Shown here: positions 58,131-64,000 of the stretch, in pieces | How positions within the stretch are numbered: position 1 is the stretch's first letter | Layout: the number at the start of each line of letters is the position of its first letter | Virus record (IMG/VR): IMGVR_UViG_3300021389_002231 | Length of the DNA: 64,000 nucleotides | Source: an uncultured virus (IMG/VR IMGVR_UViG_3300021389_002231) | Lineage: Duplodnaviria; Heunggongvirae; Uroviricota; Caudoviricetes | Reading direction: 5' to 3' (one strand) | The notes under the pieces: generated by a model | Told to the model about the DNA's origin: nothing | Database searches by the model: none | What the model saw: only the letters and a program-made list of their open reading frames with translations | Made by a program: the position numbers and the translations under genes

Positions 58131-58759
58131 TGTCCTGCTCCATTTCCTCTTTGCGGTACTATTTGTCTAACGTGTTTAAAAACACTTGTAACTCTGCCAT
58201 TAGGTGCTACTGTAAATGCTGGCAATCTTTGTATTTCTCTGTTTACTAAAAACTCACCTGTTAAACTGTATATTTGTCTAAATGGGTTAACTTTCATAAC
58301 AGTAACAGTATATGGAACATTTGCCGCTTTTTTGGAATAAGCGTGTACAGTAACATAGTAATCTCCAGGTATAAGACCTCTTACTGTTATTGTTTCTCTG
58401 TTTGTTTTTATAAAGATAACTTGTCCATCAACAACAATACGATCGTTAGTTGTACCTAAATCATCTCTGTCTAAGTGTAATGGAGTCTCTTCTCTATTAG
58501 TGAATCCAACAGGTTTATTTTTATCTAACTGCATCCACAAGTCTAAGTCGTCGCTTGCATCTTCGTCCCATTCTAAGACAATTATAAATTCTGCTTTTAC
58601 TGGAATATCTGCTTTTTTGGCAATGGGATTTATCATTAAAAACGCAATTACAAATAGCATAACAAATCCAATTAACACATTAAACAATAAATCGTTAAAT
58701 GCTAAGTTGGATCCGGTGCGTCTTTTTTTACCTGTGAAAAAGTTTTCTTGATCAGGCAT
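58127..58759 (-). CDS. ExbD/MotB-like single-TM protein with DUF2135/YfaP-like domain
   Basis: AFNDLLF (Asp at TM start); DLDLW..DRDDLG..PGDYYVTVHAY. Confidence 0.6.
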   Translation of the reverse strand: MPDQENFFTGKKRRTGSNLAFNDLLFNVLIGFVMLFVIAFLMINPIAKKADIPVKAEFIIVLEWDEDASDDLDLWMQLDKNKPVGFTNREETPLHLDRDDLGTTNDRIVVDGQVIFIKTNRETITVRGLIPGDYYVTVHAYSKKAANVPYTVTVMKVNPFRQIYSLTGEFLVNREIQRLPAFTVAPNGRVTSVFKHVRQIVPQRGNGAGQ

Positions 58760-59192
58760 ACTCTTGCTCTTGTATAATTACTTGCACCTTAACAAACAAA
58801 CTACCAATCAATCCACATAGTGTTGTAAGTAATGCTGTACTCATACCAGCAGCCATGTCAGTAATAACACGCTTCATGCTATCAACATTTGATGGGTCAA
58901 TTTCTGCAAAGCTACTTCCTAGCATAAGCATAAATCCAATAACAGTTCCTACCATACCTACTGTCATACAGGCCTCACCTATAAACCAAGGTGTTTCAAA
59001 ATCGTTTCTATCTTTAAAGCTTCTATAACCTACGCTGGCTGTCGCAGCAAACCACATGGTTATAATTGCAAAGCTCAATTTAGTTGAATCATTTTCTAAC
59101 AAAAATGGAATAGCACCATAGTAAACTGCTGTTCCTAAACCAATGATTTGCATAACAACAATCAACCACCAAACTAAAAATCTCTTATTCAT
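58752..59192 (-). CDS. MotA/TolQ/ExbB proton channel family protein
   Basis: Four TM segments; GMVGTVIG and GMSTALLTT motifs. Confidence 0.85.
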   Translation of the reverse strand: MNKRFLVWWLIVVMQIIGLGTAVYYGAIPFLLENDSTKLSFAIITMWFAATASVGYRSFKDRNDFETPWFIGEACMTVGMVGTVIGFMLMLGSSFAEIDPSNVDSMKRVITDMAAGMSTALLTTLCGLIGSLFVKVQVIIQEQEYA

Positions 59193-59225
59193 AACGTTCT
59201 CTTTCCTTTTATCAGTGTGTAGTAT

Positions 59226-59480
59226 TTATCTAAATTTCTTAGATAAACGGAAAAGCATCGCTTGTTCTTCGTTGAACAAAAAATAAACCTGAACCCAAGT
59301 ACCAGTGACATAATCAAGGCAAGAGTCAAAGTCTTTATATCTACTGGTTTCAGTAAATATTACTTTTTTAGGTTGATATTCTTTTACTAATTGCTGAACC
59401 TCTTCTACAGTTCCTGAGACTTTGTATGATATTTGTTCTCCGTAATAGTCTAAACTTTTATCAATTTGTATCTGTCTCAT
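59226..59480 (-). CDS. Hypothetical protein
   Basis: EEQAMLFRL motif; ATAAATA late motif (59223-59229) at its end. Confidence 0.65.
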   Translation of the reverse strand: MRQIQIDKSLDYYGEQISYKVSGTVEEVQQLVKEYQPKKVIFTETSRYKDFDSCLDYVTGTWVQVYFLFNEEQAMLFRLSKKFR

Positions 59481-60405
59481 TACACAATATATTCGTTAAA
59501 AAATCGCTTCTAGTAATCGTTTTCAATCTATCTTTTGTATCAGCTTTAACAAATATATCGTGGAACGATTTGAATAAATCAGCGTTCGCATAGATCTTTA
59601 AGCTGTTACACATGTATTTATAGTATTCTTCACTGGTACTTCTATTGTCAGTTAATTCTGAAATATCAAACATTGTAACACCTTTTTCTTCTATTTGGTG
59701 AGGTATTTTTGGGACTGATAAGAAGTCTTTTGTAAACTTACTTACGCCCTCTTCGATGGTATATTCAAGTCCATGTTCTAATGCCATATCGACTATTGCA
59801 ATAGGTTTGTCCTTGATAAAATTAGAACCCCGGTCGGGATTCTGGGGGGATATTTTCTTACCTATTTGGTAGAGAAAATTATTGTATGTTGAATCTGTTA
59901 AATTATAATGAAAGTTTAATCTTAATAAATTACCTTCATTAACAGTCATAACATTATCTGTTTTATAGTTAACATTGTAATCATATATGTATAATTGGTG
60001 AGGTTGCTTTGTAAAATATACAAGTTGGTCTGGATTATTAACTGCTATGTTTCCTAAATCAATACTAGATGGTAAACAGTATTTAAAGTCACTTTCTAGT
60101 ATTGGCCCGTTTTCTATATCAGTACAAGTACTTAATGCTTTTTTTAGCATTTTTATATAATTGCTATCATTGGGACTAGTATTGTATCCATGCATTAATA
60201 ACGGTAGACTAATAACTCGTGTAGAGCCACCAAACTCCATATTAGGATTATTTCTATATAAGAAGCAACGTTGTTGTGATATACTGTCTAATTGTTGGGG
60301 GAATATACCTGTGTTCTCAGAATAAGTTATCAAGTGTTGCAATATACTTGATTGTCCACATATATTATTGAGATTTACGTTAAGTAAAAGATTACGGATT
60401 TGCAT
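59461..60405 (-). CDS. Hypothetical protein
   Basis: 314 aa coupled ORF. Confidence 0.7.
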   Translation of the reverse strand: MQIRNLLLNVNLNNICGQSSILQHLITYSENTGIFPQQLDSISQQRCFLYRNNPNMEFGGSTRVISLPLLMHGYNTSPNDSNYIKMLKKALSTCTDIENGPILESDFKYCLPSSIDLGNIAVNNPDQLVYFTKQPHQLYIYDYNVNYKTDNVMTVNEGNLLRLNFHYNLTDSTYNNFLYQIGKKISPQNPDRGSNFIKDKPIAIVDMALEHGLEYTIEEGVSKFTKDFLSVPKIPHQIEEKGVTMFDISELTDNRSTSEEYYKYMCNSLKIYANADLFKSFHDIFVKADTKDRLKTITRSDFLTNILCNETDTN

Positions 60406-61324
60406 TTAGTGTTCTTGCAATTTCTACCATAGTAGCACTTAGATTAATCTCTGGATCTGCTACTTGAGTATGCTTAATCATACCCTCTCTAATTGCTAGT
60501 ACACAACTATCATATGTAAAGTCATCATTAGTATACAAGTCTAAGTTTCTGTATAACCAAGTAAAGATTTCATTGTATTCATCTGCTCTTGCACTACCAA
60601 CAATTAATTTACGTGCATCTTGTATTTTACCTTGCTTAAATAATTCCACCATTTTAACACGCCACTCAGCAGTACTACCACCTTCTTCTGGCTTAGTAAG
60701 TGTATTGTCAATAACACTCATTTGTACGGTATTAATAGTTTTACGCAAGTCTGGATAGTTAGCACGAACCATTGCATCTAATGTATCAATATCAAATTGT
60801 ACATTGTTGTCTGCACAGATTTCGCCAACTCTTACAGTAAATTCTGTTTGATCTAATTGTTCAATATGAAAACCTTGACATCTACTGTGTAATGCAGGAA
60901 TAATCATGTTAGGATAATTACAAGTTAAAATAAATCTTACGCTTGCATGATACTGTTCCATAACTCCACGTAATGCCGCTTGTCCTTCAGGACTAATATG
61001 ATCCGCCTCATCAAGTAAAATAACTTTAAATTCACCCCAAGGCATAGTTTCACTAAATGCACTAATTTTCTTACGAATCATTTCAACGCCGTTATCTCGA
61101 CTAGCATTAATATAAAGTACATCAGCGGCTTGTACTTTAAGTTCAGCAATAAGTACCTTTGCAAGAGTAGTTTTTCCAGTACCTGGGCTACCACTAAAAA
61201 GTAAATGAGGTATTCCACCATCATCTATCCAGTTTTGTACTTGTCTGCGTTGTGCTTCATCTCTGAATACATACTCGCCGACTGTAGTAGGTCTATACTT
61301 TTCAACCCATAAGTCTTTAGCCAT
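60392..61324 (-). CDS. Sliding-clamp loader ATPase subunit (T4 gp44/RFC-like)
   Basis: LWVEKYRP, GSPGTGKT, INAS, LDEAD, SRC, DLRK. Confidence 0.92.
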   Translation of the reverse strand: MAKDLWVEKYRPTTVGEYVFRDEAQRRQVQNWIDDGGIPHLLFSGSPGTGKTTLAKVLIAELKVQAADVLYINASRDNGVEMIRKKISAFSETMPWGEFKVILLDEADHISPEGQAALRGVMEQYHASVRFILTCNYPNMIIPALHSRCQGFHIEQLDQTEFTVRVGEICADNNVQFDIDTLDAMVRANYPDLRKTINTVQMSVIDNTLTKPEEGGSTAEWRVKMVELFKQGKIQDARKLIVGSARADEYNEIFTWLYRNLDLYTNDDFTYDSCVLAIREGMIKHTQVADPEINLSATMVEIARTLNANP

Positions 61325-61508
61325 TTATAACTCCGTTTTCCCAATTTTCAGCACAATCTTCTGCATAGCGTCTGCTTTTGCCATACATAGGTCTTTCTTC
61401 TGCTAGTTCATCACCAACATATAGTTTAACTACATAGTGAGTTTCTTCAATAATAACTGCACGTCTGTTTTCTTTTTTAAATTCTACTGTTTCGCCGTTT
61501 TTAACCAT
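61317..61508 (-). CDS. Hypothetical protein
   Basis: Coupled ORF with AAGGA SD. Confidence 0.7.
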   Translation of the reverse strand: MVKNGETVEFKKENRRAVIIEETHYVVKLYVGDELAEERPMYGKSRRYAEDCAENWENGVING

Positions 61509-61509
61509 T

Positions 61510-61731
61510 TTATTTTCCTTTAAATAAATTTGGAAATACTTTATCTATAATTTCCATCATACCCATAATTAATACTACTGCCCATCCAACCGGACCTGCA
61601 ACAAACAAAAATGCAAATATTTGCCATGTTTTAGCATCTTTGCCTACAGTCTTTTTAGCTGTAAACATTACTATGATAAACCATAGCAACATTATACTTA
61701 ATATACATAATACACTAAAAAATAATTCCAT
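61510..61731 (-). CDS. Small 2-TM membrane protein
   Basis: Two hydrophobic segments, GGGGA SD. Confidence 0.7.
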   Translation of the reverse strand: MELFFSVLCILSIMLLWFIIVMFTAKKTVGKDAKTWQIFAFLFVAGPVGWAVVLIMGMMEIIDKVFPNLFKGK

Positions 61732-61742
61732 ATAAGTTCCCC

Positions 61743-62708
61743 TTAAATCTTATGTGTAAACAAACTGCTTACACTTTCTTCATTTGATACACGCCTAATG
61801 GCTTCACCAAACATAGTTGATACACTTACTGCACGAGTCTTTTCGCAATCATGTGGACATTTAAAATCTATACTATCTGTGATTACAAGTTCTTCTAATA
61901 CACTGTTCTCAACCTTATGACATGCTTCGCCAGTTAGTACTCCGTGTGTGATGTATGCTCGTACACTTAATGCACCAGCATCCATTATTGCCTGTGCAGC
62001 ATTACATAAAGTTCCACCACTATCAATAATATCGTCAACTAAAATAGCATGGCAACCTTTGACTTCACCAATTATATTCATTACTTCGCTTACACCTGCT
62101 TTGGGTCTACGCTTGTCTACGATAGCAATATCTCCGCCAAACATATCAGCAAAGTTTCTAGCTCTAACAGTACCGCCGGCATCTGGAGATACAAAAACAG
62201 TTTCTACATCGTGTACATCTTGTCCTTCTTTGTAGAATTGTTTTTTAATATCTTTTGCAAACACAATACGACTTGTTAAATCATCTACAGGAATATCAAA
62301 GAAGCCCTGTATCTGTCCTGCGTGTAAATCCATTGTAAGGATTCTATCTGCACCTGCCTCTGTAATTAAGTTTGCTACTAATTTAGCAGTAATTGGTGTA
62401 CGACTTGCACTTTTACGATCTTGTCGTGCATAACCAAAATAAGGAATAACTGCTGTAATACGCTTGGCACTGCTACGCTTAGCCGCATCAATCATAATCA
62501 TTAATTCCATTAGGTTATCGTTTACTGGTGTACTTGTACTTTGTATAATAAAAACATCTTCACCACGGATATTTTCTAAAAATTCTACGCTACTTTCACC
62601 ATCCGCAAACGCTTTTATTTCTGCAGGTACTAGTGTAGCAAAACAATGAGCAGCTATCTTCTCTGCCATCTCAATGTTACTATTTCCAGCTATAATCTTC
62701 ATATGCAT
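61743..62708 (-). CDS. prs: Ribose-phosphate pyrophosphokinase
   Basis: [45 protein letters not shown]. Confidence 0.97.
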   Translation of the reverse strand: MHMKIIAGNSNIEMAEKIAAHCFATLVPAEIKAFADGESSVEFLENIRGEDVFIIQSTSTPVNDNLMELMIMIDAAKRSSAKRITAVIPYFGYARQDRKSASRTPITAKLVANLITEAGADRILTMDLHAGQIQGFFDIPVDDLTSRIVFAKDIKKQFYKEGQDVHDVETVFVSPDAGGTVRARNFADMFGGDIAIVDKRRPKAGVSEVMNIIGEVKGCHAILVDDIIDSGGTLCNAAQAIMDAGALSVRAYITHGVLTGEACHKVENSVLEELVITDSIDFKCPHDCEKTRAVSVSTMFGEAIRRVSNEESVSSLFTHKI

Positions 62709-62742
62709 TCAGAGTCCATTCTCGGTTAAAGTTATAAGTATA

Positions 62743-62771
62743 ATAATACTATATTTTAGTTGATTTGTCAA
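62743..62771 (-). promoter_or_regulatory. Sigma70-type promoter
   Basis: TTGACA-17 nt-TATTAT upstream of prs. Confidence 0.7.
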
Positions 62772-62780
62772 TAGAAATGT

Positions 62781-63173
62781 CTATAATTTTACCTTTAAAA
62801 GTAATGACATAATGTCTAACACTTCGCTAGGTTGAGCATAGTATTCTTCTTCTAGCCATTGTTTTTTTACTGAAATATCTGGGCAAAGAAAACTATGATC
62901 GCCGTTACCATTAGTAAATGTACAATAGTTCCATACTCTTGCAACTACAGGTAAGTGTGTCATACCTAATCTTGGTGCTAAATATATTCTGTGATTGCCT
63001 GTGTCTAGTCTTACTTGTCTACTGTAAACTCCTACACCAAGTATTATGGGTTCCAGTATGCCATTTTGCATAATATCTTCCATAAGTTCTAAATCATTGT
63101 TTGGGCTAGGTGTAGGTGATTTCCATTGGTCTAAAAGTACTACAGGCATTTGCTGTATTAGACCTTCGTACAT
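62781..63173 (-). CDS. ParB/Srx-like domain protein
   Basis: DIMQNGILEPII...GNHR...LG...PV. Confidence 0.65.
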   Translation of the reverse strand: MYEGLIQQMPVVLLDQWKSPTPSPNNDLELMEDIMQNGILEPIILGVGVYSRQVRLDTGNHRIYLAPRLGMTHLPVVARVWNYCTFTNGNGDHSFLCPDISVKKQWLEEEYYAQPSEVLDIMSLLLKVKL

Positions 63174-63814
63174 TAATAAGTGTCTACGACAGCATCTGCA
63201 ATTCCGTGCTTAACGGCTTCGTCGGCGGTTAGCCAAACATCTTCCGGCGGTAGCAATATTTCTTTGATTTTCTTTTCTGATAAACCAGTACATTTTTTAT
63301 AATGATTTAACATACGTTCTGATGATAATTCAAACTCTTTTACACGAGCAAATAGTTCGTGTTCTTTACCGCCTGAACCCCATGAATATTGATGTGATAA
63401 GATACTTGTGTTATTTGTTAACACACGTTTGCCTTTAGTACCTGCCATAAATGTAAGTACACCACATGATGCAATCATTCCCAAACCTACAGTTTTAATA
63501 GGTAGTGCTGAACCTTTCATTACATCAATAAGACCAAATGCGGCATGTACGCTACCACCTGGGCTATTAATAATAAGTGTAAGTTCTTTAGGACGCTCAC
63601 TGTCTGGTAGTAAGTTTTTCTCAATAATCCAGTTTACAACTGGCTTTGTAGATTCGTATGTAAACCCATCAGCAAAATAATAAATACCTGATTCATATAA
63701 TACTTGTCCTGGTTGTTTAGGTGGACCTGCTGGTGTTTGTGGATTTGCTGCACCTTTTTCTTCTAATGCTTGGCCCATTTCGCCAATTGCTTTTTGTAGT
63801 TTTTCAATATTCAT
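63173..63814 (-). CDS. clpP: ClpP-like protease
   Basis: INSPGG, ASCG (Ser), SHQ (His), DVWLTADEAVKHG. Confidence 0.88.
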   Translation of the reverse strand: MNIEKLQKAIGEMGQALEEKGAANPQTPAGPPKQPGQVLYESGIYYFADGFTYESTKPVVNWIIEKNLLPDSERPKELTLIINSPGGSVHAAFGLIDVMKGSALPIKTVGLGMIASCGVLTFMAGTKGKRVLTNNTSILSHQYSWGSGGKEHELFARVKEFELSSERMLNHYKKCTGLSEKKIKEILLPPEDVWLTADEAVKHGIADAVVDTY

Positions 63815-63835
63815 TATTTTTGAATTCCTTTTAAG

Positions 63836-64000
63836 TTATAATGTGTGTCTAGTCATATCGCCCGATGGACGTTTTGGTATTGCTTTGCCGTGAATTTGCA
63901 TTTTGTTATCTTCCATTGGATTAGTTTTGGATTCTAGTAAACAATCTTTATTATCAAGTAAATAAATTTTTAAATCATCATTTACTTTCATACCATTACT
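63836..64000 (-). CDS. Truncated CDS (3' end), possibly GroES-like
   Basis: Frame open to window edge; IYLLDNKDCLL only weakly recalls co-chaperonin C-termini. Confidence 0.35.
   Translation of the reverse strand, partial: SNGMKVNDDLKIYLLDNKDCLLESKTNPMEDNKMQIHGKAIPKRPSGDMTRHTL

Noticed and set aside
1..64000. Alternative genetic code
   Set aside because: Conserved genes are full length under code 11, and TAA, TAG and TGA all act as stops
1..64000. tRNAs, CRISPR arrays, introns, inteins, homing endonucleases, IS elements
   Set aside because: Intergenic spaces are short, and no cloverleaf, repeat-spacer pattern or relevant motif was seen by eye
1..64000. Cellular or giant eukaryotic virus origin
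   Set aside because: T4-like RNase H and clamp loader, TATAAATA late motifs, SD sequences and dense coupled hypotheticals fit a bacteriophage

Overview
AT-rich, gene-dense segment of a large lytic dsDNA phage with T4-like features: RNase H/5'-3' exonuclease, gp44/RFC-type clamp loader, ThyX, thymidine kinase, sigma70 early promoters and TATAAATA late promoters. The host is probably a Gram-negative proteobacterium (inference from the Prs sequence and the envelope-targeted genes). 1-28.7 kb (+): nucleotide-sugar genes, the first three steps of 7-deazaguanine synthesis (folE, queD, queE), metK, proteases, a MoxR/VWA pair and hypotheticals. 28.7-56.5 kb (+): a tailoring island with 15 radical SAM genes (18 in the window including QueE), Fe/2OG-type oxygenases, an amidinotransferase, a PLP enzyme, an SDR, ABM monooxygenases and an MTA/SAH nucleosidase. 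56.7-64 kb (-): an ExbB/MotA-like membrane module, clamp loader, Prs and ClpP. Main candidates from direct reading: a preQ1-I-like pseudoknot variant upstream of queD; two +1-frame overprinted ORFs inside radical SAM genes, one with a lipobox; four radical SAM enzymes split into core and SPASM ORFs; RBS-sequestering hairpins at late promoters; and a repeated terminator-promoter cassette. No tRNA, rRNA, CRISPR array, intron or transposase was recognised. All family calls come from motif recognition by eye, not from database searches.
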